Shown piece after piece: positions 22,090 through 34,555 of a stretch of DNA of 38,710 nucleotides. The stretch is from contig NC_068988.1 in NCBI RefSeq assembly GCF_001194135.2, positions 46,614,567 through 46,653,276 on the forward strand. Reading direction: 5' to 3'. Position 1 is the stretch's first letter. Every line of letters begins with the position of its first letter. The DNA is from Octopus bimaculoides (taxonomy: Eukaryota). The position numbers and the translations under genes were made by a program. The notes under the pieces were generated by a model. The model did no database searches and was not told the origin of the DNA. It worked only from the letters and a program-made list of their open reading frames with translations.

Positions 22090-24220
22090 TGTGTGTGTGT
22101 GTGTATCCTAAGAGAATGAGAGAGAAAAGACTAAAACGCAGGATAGTACTGGTGGTGGTAAGAGTTAATCAATTAGCTGCTTCAAAAGTTACAAAAGTCT
22201 TTTGGAATTCGTACAAGGAGACACTTACGTCACATTATCTAACCCACTCCTCCAAGTTACTTCTGTATTTCTTTCTTCCTTTCCTTCTTTCTTTCTTTCT
22301 TTCTTCTCTTCCTTCCTTTTCTCTTCTTACCTTATCTCTTTTCCTCGCTTTTTTTTTCTCTTTCTTATCTTTTTATCTCTTTATTTAACTTTATTACTAA
22401 CACCTCATTTCAGGTGTAATTTGCTTTTAGTCCTTTTGCTTCTTTCTGCTTTTGTTATCTTATATATGTNNNNNNNNNNNNNNNNNNNNNNNNNNNNNNN
22501 NNNNNNNNNNNNNNNNNNNNNNNNNNNNNNNNNNNNNNNNNNNNNNNNNNNNNNNNNNNNNNNNNNNNNNTATATATGCGTGTGTATGTGTGCGTGTCCA
22601 TGCGTGTATGTGTATGTGTGTGTACGTTTTACGTGTTTTATTTTAAAAATTAATGAAAGGGGAAGAGGTTTTCATTTTTCGAAAATTAGCGATAACATTT
22701 AGTATGTCATATTAGTTGAATTCTCCGGTTCATAATCTTTATATTAGATTTAATTTATAAACAATATCTAACTCCTTGCTGTTCATTTATAGTTTCTCCT
22801 TCTTATCAACGTTATTACCATTATGAAATTAATAATATTATTATTGATGTTGTTATTGTTATTATTATCATCATTGCTGTTTGTCATCATCGTAATTCTT
22901 GTTATGATTATGCTCAAAGAAATCTTCATTGTCACTATTATTATTATTATTCTAATTATTATTACTGTTATTATTATTACGATTATGAAGATTACTATTA
23001 CTGTTGTTTTTATTACTCTTTGTTGTTGTTTTTGCCGTTGACAGCTTTGGAAATTAAATTCCTTGCAAGTATTTTAATATTATCAATATCCTGTTGAATA
23101 ATATTTTTAAAAAAAATTTTAATATTTCATATATTTTTTAATATCTTTTTTCTTGTTGAGATAATATTTTGCTAAACTGAAAATTAAGAATATGACAAAA
23201 CTCAACAGAATTAAAGAAACAACCAATCGAAAAGAAAAAAAAGTGAAAGAAATTGAAGAAATAAATAAAGAATGAAAGAAAACTAAAGCAACGCTTAAAC
23301 TCCCTCTCATATCTGAAACAATATTTGGTTAATTCTTAAAATGATATTAGGTTCTTCAAATCTCTTTGATAGCCAAACATTTATACTTGTGAACGGAAAG
23401 CAAAAGACATTCATGATATAAAGCGACAATTTTTCATTTTATGATTTTTACTAANNNNNNNNNNATTTATCTTTGATGTTGTTCTTGGATTTCAAATTCT
23501 TGTGTTGACAATTCAAAGGTTAAATTTAACGAAATTTATATTATTTTGTTGCTAAATAACTTTCATGTTTTTCATTTGTTGTTTACACCCATCACTCTTT
23601 TAATTGCGACTAACATAATGAATTCTTTATTAGAAATAAACCAACCTTGAAAGTGTGACTTTGTTGGTCATTTCTTTAAAAAATTGAATGTCTTAAGAAG
23701 TCTATTTAAGATTTAGGCATCAAAGCCAAATAAACTTTTAATTAATAAACAAAAGTAAGATGATCAAAGTACTTGAAGCAAACACAAGCTGTTTGAAACT
23801 TTTCCTTTCACCTAAAAAAAAAAGCTCATTACTTAGATAAATGTCATTTAAATATTTTAGTACCTTCTCTAGGTTTGCAACATTTTGTTCACTTCACAAT
23901 GAAACTTACTTTTTTTCTGTATTTACTTATTGTTCAAATGTATATATTTTTCTACTAGTTAGTATCATTGAATATCTTTAAAATGATTTTGAGATTAGTA
24001 CAACTTTAGCAATGTTTTTGAATATTTTGCAAATTTATTATTTTGAGGACACTAGAATACTTATAATTGTTAGTATCATCTTGATCCTCATTATTGTAGT
24101 TGTATATGTCAAGGAGCAAAGAGAACCTTAGTGTCGTTAGTTTTACACGACTATGTCGCAGGCCAGCGAAATGTTTTTTTGAGAAAGTGTTTGTTTACTT
24201 TGGTCCATGTGGATGAAAGT

Positions 24221-24604
24221 GGAGGCGCAATGGCCTAGTGGTTAGGGCAACGGACTCGCGGTCATAGGATCGCGGTTTGGATTCCCAGACTGGGCGTTGT
24301 GAGTGTGTATTGAGCGAAAACACCTAAAGCTCCACGTGGCTCCGGCAGGGGACGGTGGTGAACCCTACTGAACTCTTTCACCACAACTTTCTCTCACTCT
24401 TACTTCCTGTTTCTGTTCTATCTGTAATTCAAAGGGCCAGCCTTGTAACACTGTGTCACGCTGAATCTCCCCGAGAATTATATTAAGGGTACACGTGTCT
24501 GTGGAGTGCTAAGCCATTTGCACGTTAATTTCACGAGCAGGCTGTTCCGTTGATCGGATCAACCGGAACCCTCGTCGTCGTAAGCAACGGAGTGCCAACA
24601 ACAA
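24221..24604 (+). mobile_element. Full-length tRNA-derived SINE, family B, with an (AAC)n tail and 13-bp TSD
   Basis: A box TGGCCTAGTGG, B-box-like GGTTTGGATTCC and a CAACAACAAC tail. CATGTGGATGAAA is duplicated at 24206-24218 and 24605-24617. Confidence 0.9.
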
Positions 24605-24699
24605 CATGTGGATGAAAAAGTGAACAGAGGATACAGCGACATGGAACATACCAAGACGGGTGGGAGAAAGGAGGAAGAACGTCGTGGTTGAAACGGAGT

Positions 24700-25260
24700 A
24701 ATCACAATGAGAGCTTGTTAGAAATGTTGAGAGAATAAGGGTTATTACAGAATTGGATAAATAACAAGAAGGATAATGCATGTCAATGTTAAAGGGCCCC
24801 GGGAAAGTATATCGATGAGCTCATTCACCAGCCACTTTATAGAGAGCATTGGGCACCTCAGAAAGGAAATAGAGAAGGTGCTTGTCCACTAACCACCTCA
24901 CAGAGTACATTAGAAACATATTTCAGTACTTGTGGAAGAGACACTCCCTTATCCTTGCAATAAGCCTGAAGCAGTCAGCATTCGAAAATGCCAATATATA
25001 TTCAAGGCCACATGACCAGAGAAATAATTGGGCTGAATACAACAGAGTCAGTATGGGTGAAAAGAAGCAAAAATAGCAGAGAATCAGGATCAATGGGAAG
25101 ACAAAAAATGATAACTAACACTAATAAAGAGTTAAAAGAGAGAGTATTGGGCAGAAAAGGATCAATCCATTGTCTTAATCATGGACCGTATGAAATTCCC
25201 TAATACTGTTATACACTTTGTAGCAAAATTCGATTTTGCGCTTGACCATAGGAGATTCAG
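24700..25260 (+). pseudogene. Possible very old Ty3/Gypsy RT-RNase H remnant
   Basis: Scattered motif-like pieces in changing frames: YIDELIH, EH-GHLRKEIEKVL, KELKERVL, KFDFALDHR. Weak. Confidence 0.2.
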
Positions 25261-25357
25261 GCATCCATAACAACTATGATGATAGTGGTGAGGAGGATGA
25301 CAGGGCTGATGATAAGAACAACAATAGTGAGGACAGGAATATTGTAGTAATAGAGTG

Positions 25358-25510
25358 ATGATGTTGATAATGATGATGATGATGATGATGACAATGGTAA
25401 TGAAAGAGGTGACAGCAATGTTGATGATGATAATAGTAGAAGTGTTGGTGTGCGACGACAACGATGACGACGATGATGATGATAATGACGACGACGACAA
25501 CTGTGACGAC

Positions 25511-25542
<32 letters not shown>

Positions 25543-25578
25543 TGATGATGATGATGATGATGATAATCATGATGATGA
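25358..25578. repeat. (GAT)n/(GAC)n trinucleotide low-complexity tract
   Basis: Directly visible; source of the poly-D/M/T/H/S ORFs. Confidence 0.95.
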
Positions 25579-25599
25579 GAATATTTGACTATGAGCTGC

Positions 25600-26618
25600 T
25601 GCCAGATGACGAAGACATCCGAAATGTTTGGTGTATAAAGAAGTACTGTCTCGAAAGTAATGACAGCTTTTGAAAAAGAGAGAAAAACATCCTCATCGAT
25701 ACTCTGGAAGAAAACCAAGACATTTAGATAGGGACCGTCAGACTCTTACTCGAATTGTTAGAATGGATCACAAAAGTACAGCTCACAACATTACTGCAGA
25801 GCTTAATGACCACCTCAAAAACACAACTTCCACAAAAACTGTTAACCGGGATCTGCACGAAGCCGGATTTCACGGCAGGGCTTCAATCAGAAAAACACAA
25901 CTTTCAAAAACAAACGTTGCAAAGCGTTTAGAGTCGAATAAAAATTTACAGAATTGGTCCCTAGATCAGTAGAAGAATGTCATTTTCTCGGATGATTCAT
26001 TCTTTACCTTATTTCCGACCATCGGCTCAGTATACGTGTGGAGACAGTCAAAAGAAGCATTTGACCCAGACTGCTTCTTCCAACTGTTAAACATGGAGGA
26101 GGATCTGTGATGATAGGGGGGGGGGCTATATTTTGGAAATTCGCTGGCTCAATGGTTTCCCTTCATAGCAGAATAAATAGTCAAGACTATTTAAGCATTT
26201 TATCTGATCAAATTCATCCTATGTTTGTGGAACTGTTCCCGGGGGGAATCGCAATCTTTCAGGATGATAATGCACCAATTCACAGAATTAAAGTTGTTAC
26301 TGAATGGCACGAGGAACATTCTAGCGCAGTTGAACATCATATCTGGCCACGACGGCCCAGATCTCAATATCATTGAACATTTATGGTGCACTTTAGAAAC
26401 ACAAGTAAGGAATCGATATCCTCCACCATCATCACTACACGAAGTGGAGACTGTTTTAACTGAAGAATGGACAAAAATTCCTTTGGAAACAATTCAAACT
26501 TTGTACGTGTTCACAACTCGTAGAATTCGATCTGTAATTACTGCCAAAGACGGTCCGACGCCATATCAAAATAAATTTGTTTGAAATTTTAAGGTGTTTC
26601 CATTATTCTGTCCAACCA

Positions 26619-26621
<3 letters not shown>
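25600..26621 (+). mobile_element. 5'-truncated Tc1-family (DD34E-type) DNA transposon with transposase pseudogene and right TIR
   Basis: TSEMFGV.RSTVSKV, SGRKP, TVNRDLHEAGFHGR, VIFSD (25991), FQDDNAPIH (26263), PDLNIIEHLW (26375), and EEWTKIP...RRIRSVITAKDGPTPY. It ends GGTGTTTCCATTATTCTGTCCAACCACTG|TA. Contains stops and frameshifts. Confidence 0.93.
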
Positions 26622-26650
<29 letters not shown>

Positions 26651-26868
26651 NNNNNNNNNNNNNNNNNNNNNNNNNNNNNNNNNNNNNNNNNNNNNNNNNN
26701 NNNNNNNNNNNNNNNNNNNNNNNNNNNNNNNNNNNNNNNNNNNNNNNNNNNNNNNNNNNNNNNNNNNNNNNNNNNNNNNNNNNNNNNNNNNNNNNNNNNN
26801 NNNNNNNNNNNNNNNNNNGTATATATGTGCATATATACATACGTATGTGTACATACTTACATTTTTGC

Positions 26869-26900
<32 letters not shown>

Positions 26901-28074
26901 GCATATGTAGGGACAGAATGTCATCAGACATGTACAACAAAAAAGTACGAAGCACGAGTACATGAAATATGAACTATTCTTTCGAGCAACGAAGGACACA
27001 AATGGAAAACAATGCAAACAACATAAAGAACGACGTTCATCAGTTGCTGGCTGTTTTTCTAGTCTCGTATTTCGAGCATTTAACAACAATATACGCTTTT
27101 GATAAAGCAGTTGCTCCCGCAAAGCAAATTAAATAGAATTTGGGATTTTGCGGAGGGTCACAATAGGTAACACAAACAGGACGGTGAACACAAACAGAAA
27201 GGGCTGCTAAGCCTAAACGAGGTTTTGGTGACGAACCCATAAATCAAGCTAGGACGGGAGACAAACAACAACACGTCTTCCTTGTTCCAGCTACAACGGA
27301 AAGAAAGAAAGATGGCCGATGGTCACATGGGATCCACGTGAGCAAGAGAGGTGGAGTGAGAGAGAGAGACAGACAGAGTGACAGAAGAATAGGATAGAAT
27401 AATGGGAGAAGAGGAGGTAAAAGAATAAGAGAGAGTAAAAGAGAGAAAAACGAAAGATTATAAAGATTGTATAGAGTGCGCGTCAGAATTATTAAGATAA
27501 AACTTAGATGGAAGAGGATGCGTGGCGTTCAATCATATAAAAGTATAAATAATATATATATATATATATATATATATGCAGGTGCCAAGCTGTATCAGCC
27601 TGTATCACAAGATACTTTACCTTTTGATATTATTAAACACCAAATGTTCTGCAGCTTACAACATGTATAAATAATTTATTTCATTATATACTATGATAAG
27701 TAATAAATGACTTTGATGTTTGCATTAGTATATATATACAATTTTAAAATCAATGCTGATATTAAGCTGGCTCTTCAGGTTAAAAGAAATCCATGTTAAA
27801 ATTAATACCTCAACATAACGTTTCAATAACGCAGAGATATACAAGATGTAGTGGTCATTATTGGATTGCTCTTGATCATAAGTCTTCTCACTCATTGATG
27901 ACCTGTAGCTAAATGACGCCATATTCATAGATATATACATGTTCATACTACATATAAACGTATTTGCACTCATATTTATAAACACAGGCATACATGCAAA
28001 TGTCCCCACATATAACCAGTAATGCATTCATATATATACAGACAATAATAAACATACACGCGTGCACTCACTCA

Positions 28075-28116
<42 letters not shown>

Positions 28117-29047
28117 TGCACGCATAAAACATACGTAGTATGATTATAAAATATTGAGCGACACAAATACGAATACCTACGAACACACATACATGCAAAC
28201 ATGCATATATAAACATATACAAATGCACGCAAACACTTACACACGCACACATACACACACACACACAAATACATACCCATAGCCACCGCAATAAACAAAC
28301 ACACACACATACTGAAATATGACAGAACAATGTATAGTATTTCAAAGAAATAAAATTCTCTTGAATTTTGCAGATGGGAATTATTTCTGTCAGTTATGTT
28401 GTTTTTGTTGTTGTTGTTGGTGATGGTGAGGCGGTGGTGGTAGCAGCAGTGATGACAATAGAATTGTTATAGGTGTATTGTTGTTGCTGGTTTTGGTGGT
28501 GGCTTCTAGAGTGAAGCCGTTGACCTTGGTGGTCTTAATGGTGGTAATGATAATGATGGTTGTTATTTAGTCCAAAATCAACTCCGAATGGGCATAATAT
28601 TGATCGAAGTTGTTTCAATAGTGACAGACCCGTTTTTCTCTATATTCAATGACTCCATTTAAAAAGAGGATTTCTGTGGTTCTATTATAAATTTAACAGT
28701 TATTTCTAGCAGACTAAATGACTATGTAGAGGCTTTCATGTTAGCTCATGGTAATAATGGTGACACTCGCATATTTAAGGAAAGCTGGCTGTTATTTTAA
28801 GCAAATCAAGTGACTATGTAGTTATGTGTTCATTTTGATATTTTCCGTTATGATGGATAGTTTCTTTAACATTCACTTCATATATTTGTTCGTTTACTGC
28901 TTTCAGTCATTGTACTCTGATCATGCTGGGGCACTGGATTCAAAGCTTTTAATCAATTACGTATGTGCCATGAAATATTTCATTCTCTTAACGAATAGTT
29001 TATTAATTTACTTTCCATTTAAGTGTACGTTGTCTATGTGAAGGCTC

Positions 29048-29160
29048 CTGGCCTAGTTGTTATGGTGTTATATTCATGACCATAAAGCAGTGGATTCAAT
29101 TACCGGAATAAGTAACGCATTGTGTTTTTGAGCAAAACATAACATTTCCTATTGGTCCTT
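29048..29160 (+). mobile_element. Degenerate tRNA-derived SINE head
   Basis: A-box-like TGGCCTAGTTG, B-box-like GGATTCAATT, followed by TTGTGTTTTTGAGCAAAACA, similar to 24296-24320. Confidence 0.5.
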
Positions 29161-29594
29161 TTGTCTTATCGAAAAATGAGAACCATCCTCATAATAGAGT
29201 AGTTTTCTCTTCCGCTCGCTCTTCCGAACAGTCAAGGATAGGAGGGTCAACTACATAGACACATGAAACAATTAAAGGGTGGTGCTTCTTTCTCAGTGAT
29301 GGCTAAATGCTAAACTTTCAGTTACATCTTAAGGTTAATTTCGACTAATTTTCCTTTCGTTGGTGCTTAAATCTCATGCTCGAGTTTATCGTATTATTTT
29401 CCTCTTCCTCCCCTCCTCGGCTTCTGTAATAATTTGATCCACTGTTACGAGCAATAAACACTTCCTAGTCTCACAAATTATCACCTCAAAGAAATCCCGA
29501 GAAAAAAATCTAGGAATTAATGCCTTTCACACCATTTAGCGTACAGGGATGTTTTGTAAATAAATATTTACATCATTATTTTAATCATCCCTAT

Positions 29595-29798
29595 GGCAGT
29601 GAGCTGGCAGAATAGTTAGCACATTGGACGAAATGCTTAGCGGTGTTTCGCCCGTCGCTACGTTCTGAGCTCAAATTCCACGGAGGTCGACTTTGCCCTT
29701 CATCTTTTCGGGTTCGATAGATTAAGTACCAGTTGAGTGCTGGGGTCGATGCAATCGAATTAACACTTCCCCCAAAATTTCAGGCCTTGTGCCTATAG
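29595..29798 (+). mobile_element. tRNA-derived SINE, family A
   Basis: Collinear with 31542-31740 over its whole length. Confidence 0.9.
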
Positions 29799-29850
29799 TG
29801 ACACACGCACATACATGCATACAAGCACATAATTATATACGAATGAGTAA

Positions 29851-29889
<39 letters not shown>

Positions 29890-29895
29890 GCACTC

Positions 29896-29942
<47 letters not shown>

Positions 29943-30751
29943 GTATGTATATATACATATGTATAACTCAATATATATATGTATGTATTTATATACACTC
30001 ATTATATATATATATATTTATATATATTTACCACCACATAAACACATACAGAGACATATGTAAGAGTTATATGTGTATATATACATAATACAAAATAGAA
30101 AAATACAATGAACACAATGATATTATTTGCTTATAACGTATTTACATGTGTTTCGGTAACATTTACATAATAAATACATAAAACCAAATTTACATATTCT
30201 CTTTATACAAGTCACTTCATCAAAATTGTTATGATAAACGATGAATTTTGTAGAATGATAGATATTTATAGTTTTCCAGAAATTTGTAAGATAGATCTAG
30301 TAGATAAATTGACAGACATATAGTCTACTTTCAGCTTATAGCGTACCATAACTTAGGTTTTGAGTATACTGATATTAAACAGATTGCCAGAATATTTTAT
30401 GAATGAAGAATAAGATATTTCGTCGTGGCCATTCAAACATCATACATAAAGCTACGATATGAAAAGAAAGTTTGACAAGAAAAATTAGAATAAATAGATT
30501 ATGTATAAGTGTGGTGTGGAAGTGTGGGTATATATGTATTGAAATAAACCATTTTTCAGCTCACGAGCTGTGGGAATAGGTAGATAGATAGGTACATGTA
30601 TTCACACACGCACATGCACACGCACATACACATAAAACCACATAATTACATACATTTAAGCATCCACATACTTATATACACACGTGCATATTCAGACATA
30701 ACTACATACGCTTAGTTATAAATTCACATAAAATAACCATTATGTGTGTGT

Positions 30752-30809
<58 letters not shown>

Positions 30810-31541
30810 NNNNNNNNNNNNNNNNNNNNNNNNNNNNNNNNNNNNNNNNNNNNNNNNNNNNNNNNNNNNNNNNNNNNNNNNNNNNNNNNNNNNNNNNNNN
30901 NNNNNNNNNNNNNNNNNNNNNNNNNNNNNNNNNNNNNNNNNNNNNNNNNNNNNNNNNNNNNNNNNNNNNNNNNNNNNNNNNNNNNNNNNNNNNNNNNNNN
31001 NNNNNNNNNNNNNNNNNNNNNNNNNNNNNNNNNNNNNNNNNNNNNNNNNNNNNNNNNNNNNNNNNNNNNNNNNNNNNNNNNNNNNNNNNNNNNNNNNNNN
31101 NNNNNNNNNNNNNNNNNNNNNNNNNNNNNNNNNNNNNNNNNNNNNNNNNNNNNNNNNNNNNNNNNNNNNNNNNNNNNNNNNNNNNNNNNNNNNNNNNNNN
31201 NNNNNNNNNNNNNNNNNNNNNNNNNNNNNNNNNNNNNNNNNNNNNNNNNNNNNNNNNNNNNNNNNNNNNNNNNNNNNNNNNNNNNNNNNNNNNNNNNNNN
31301 NNNNNNNNNNNNNNNNNNNNNNNNNNNNNNNNNNNNNNNNNNNNNNNNNNNNNNNNNNNNNNNNNNNNNNNNNNNNNNNNNNNNNNNNNNNNNNNNNNNN
31401 NNNNNNNNNNNNNNNNNNNNNNNNNNNGCATGCATATTTGCATTAAAGGTTAGTAGTGCAGTATTTGTAATTTTTGCATTATTCATATTATTTTGTTCGT
31501 AGTTTGAGTACACCGTAGTGTTAATATTTAGGTGTTCATAA

Positions 31542-31768
31542 GGAGGCCAGCTGGCAGAAACGTTAGCACGCCCGGCGAAATGCTTAGCGGTATTTCGTCT
31601 GTCTTTACGTTCTGAGTTAAAATTCCGCTGAGGTCGACTTTGCCTTTCATCCTTTCGGGGTCGATAAATTAAGTACCAGTTGCGTACTGGGGTCGATCTA
31701 ATCGACTAGACTCCTCCCCCAAAATTTCGAGCCTTGTGCCCAGAGAAGATAAAAAAAAAAAAAGATAG
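31542..31768 (+). mobile_element. Full-length tRNA-derived SINE, family A, with A-rich tail and ~19-bp TSD
   Basis: Head GGCCAGCTGGCAGAAACGTTAG, B-box-like GTTAAAATTCC and a poly-A tail. AATATTTAGGTGTTCATAA (31523-31541) recurs as AATATTTTGGGTGTTCATAA (31769-31788). Confidence 0.9.
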
Positions 31769-33504
31769 AATATTTTGGGTGTTCATAATTATCACTACAA
31801 ATAGTGACATTATAATTATCATCACTACTGAATACAAGTGCTCGATATTAACCTTATTCGTAAAGATATCATTGTTATTTCTACTGGTTTTATAATAATC
31901 CTGTTCCTTAGATGAATGCTTTTCACCGATAGGAGCGTTAAGTTGAAAAGATTATAGTAAGTAGTATTATCTATTAGCTTACGTGTTATAGAGTAAGAAG
32001 ATTTAGCAATAAAATTAATGCTGAATCATCACTCTATCGTTCATAACACAATATATGTAATAGAACTTCAACCAGAGACTTCAAAATAGGTTATAATAGG
32101 TAGATGTGAGGCCAATGGGTCTCAAATTTGTACTTGTCTCGTTAGTCTCTAGCCATATTTTTTCTACTTAGGATTTAACGCCATTCTAACAATCTTCAAA
32201 GCAAGATATATGCTTAAAATCATACAATGTATATTACGTTGTGAGCAGTAACATAAAATTAGCATCAGCTACTTTTTGTCGAAACATATCCATTTATTGC
32301 ATATGAAATGTTTTGAGGATTTCCCTGTTTATTTGAAACAGTGTTCATGGCTCGGATATGCTGGGATTGATGAGGAGAGTTTCAGAAAATTGAAATCAAT
32401 TTAAATAACAGTTACTGTTATTAACATGTGTTATAACCCAGAGCCATCTTCACAGCAAGAATACATATGTTTATATAATCAAATTAGATAAAGTGACTCC
32501 TTAGAATACAGTTGGGATGGTTGGCAATTCATCATACGAAATTTTGCCTAGAGGGAAGGAGAGGAAAAAGCATATTCAAAAAAACTATGCCTCGATAGTG
32601 CCAGCAAGTATCTAGATTTGTTGTAGTTTATTGACGTTTACTTCTCGTGAGAGAGAGGTAAATGTAAGTAAAGGAAAAATAATAAAATAATTTTTATTAA
32701 ATAAATAAAATTCTATATGGTGTATTTCGAGTTTGCTGCTTATGAAAGCCAAATGCAACAGTAGGGAGAGCAATGACATTTTCATCATTGAAACGTTCGG
32801 TTAAGATTGAGAGGAGAATATTTTAATATTCTGAAGCAAATAGCCACGAAGAAATTCTCCATAGAATTAGTAATAGCAAAAGAAATTAATATTTCCTTGC
32901 ATTTCATTTTAAAGATTTTCGAAGAAGGAAGGACATTTCAAAGTTTATGAAGTAAAAATGAGAAATGTTCAATTTGATATTGATTTACCATTTACATAGA
33001 GCCTGATATTAATCTCTTAACATGTAACTTTAACTGAACAAGATTTGACTATGGAGATATTTTGTGTGTGGGTGAGTCAATTCTGTGTTGTTGACATTGT
33101 TTATCCACAACCGTCTTGTTGAAGAAAGATTTATTAAAATTTTACTCCATTTACTCTTTAAAAGCCTATTTTATGGAGGAGCTAATTTGTTGCATAGGTG
33201 TTAATCTTGTCATTGTCGTTGTTGTTGGCTGGTCATGTATGCAATTATTTGAGTAGTGGTGTGGCACAAAAGTAGCTATTAAAATTAATCATTCAAGAAG
33301 GATTATTTTGTTTGTGATGGTCATCTATCATCGTTATTGGTATGATGTCTTAAATACAGGACGTGAAACATGTGGATTCTGTTATGAAGTATTGAAGTTG
33401 ATTAATTTAGATGGATGATCCCTTTCAATTTCAGTTTTTCATTATCTGCATGTATATGTTATACGATTGCACGTGCATTAAGGACAAACTTATATACACA
33501 CAGT

Positions 33505-33548
<44 letters not shown>

Positions 33549-34155
33549 NNNNNNNNNNACACACACACACACACACACACATATATACATATATGTATGT
33601 GTGTGTGCATATGTGTATATATATATATATATATATACACACTCACATATATACATTCATATATACATACATACTTACATACATACTTACATACATACAC
33701 ATATATGCACGTCAAGATGTATTTGTGGACATAATAAAAAACTGAAGTCTAAAAGGTTAACAGCACACGAATACAGAAGCACTCCGTCACAAACAAAACA
33801 TCATAAGACCCACCGCCCAATGAAACATTCGCTTATAGACATACATACAAGCATAAGATATATGCGTTGAAAATTGGAATAAAAGAAAATGAACAGAATG
33901 TCCCAAGTAACACAAAGATAGATGCCTTGGATATTAAGTGAATGCTAGCATAAGAAGGTTCTTGAGAGCGCATCATCCGGCTGTGATGAAAGGAACTTAG
34001 ACAAATTAGTAATTAGCTGATTAAATAATTTATTAAATAATTATTTAACTATCGGGTGAGGAATGTAAAGTAAAATACAATTAGCGTGTGTTTTTTAATT
34101 CGTAGTATTAATCTCTCAAAGTAAAACAGCATATATATATATTTTATTATGTATA

Positions 34156-34555
34156 TATTCTTTTATTCGTTTATTGTTTCAGTCATTTGATTACGTCCAT
34201 GCTGAAGCATCTCCTTTGTTTGAACAAATCAGTCCCAAGACTTATTCTCTGTAAGTCTAATACTTATTCTATCCGTCTCTTTTTCCGAACCGCTAACTTA
34301 CGAGGGCGTAAACACACGAACGTCGATTGTTAAACGATGGTGGGGGACAAAAACAGGCACACAATTACACACACACACACGCACGCATACATATATATGA
34401 CGAGCTTCTTTCAGTTTCCGTCTACTAAATCTACTCACAAGGCTTTGGTCGGCCCTAGGCTATAGTAGAAGACACTTGCCCACGGTGCCACGCAATGGGA
34501 CTGAACCCGGAACCATGTGGTTGGGAAGAAAGCTTCTTACCACACAGCCACTCCT
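34156..34555 (-). mobile_element. tRNA-derived CORE-like SINE, family C, near full length with an internal CA/TA tract
   Basis: Minus-strand head AGTGGCTGTGTGGTAAGAAG...GGGTTCAGTCCC (A/B boxes), CORE-like GTGGGCAAGTGTCTTCTACTATAGCC, and an AATAAAAGAATA-type tail. Confidence 0.85.

Noticed and set aside
24221-24295. tRNA-like A/B boxes (also 29595, 31542, 34480-34555)
   Set aside because: They are SINE heads continuing into shared SINE bodies with tails and TSDs; I could not fold a complete cloverleaf.
26985-27095. Minus-strand CTGATGA and CGAAA motifs suggesting a Penelope-type hammerhead ribozyme
   Set aside because: I could not pair stems I-III around the core in any permutation, so it is unsupported.
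30724-31513. Longest ORFs in the track (also 7288-7879, 26566-27122, 34460-35497, 37391-37942)
   Set aside because: They are open only because they span N gaps and dinucleotide repeats.
31912-31956. Plus-strand CCTTAG...GTAAGT bounded 45-nt segment
   Set aside because: Stop codons in all three frames; could only be non-coding.
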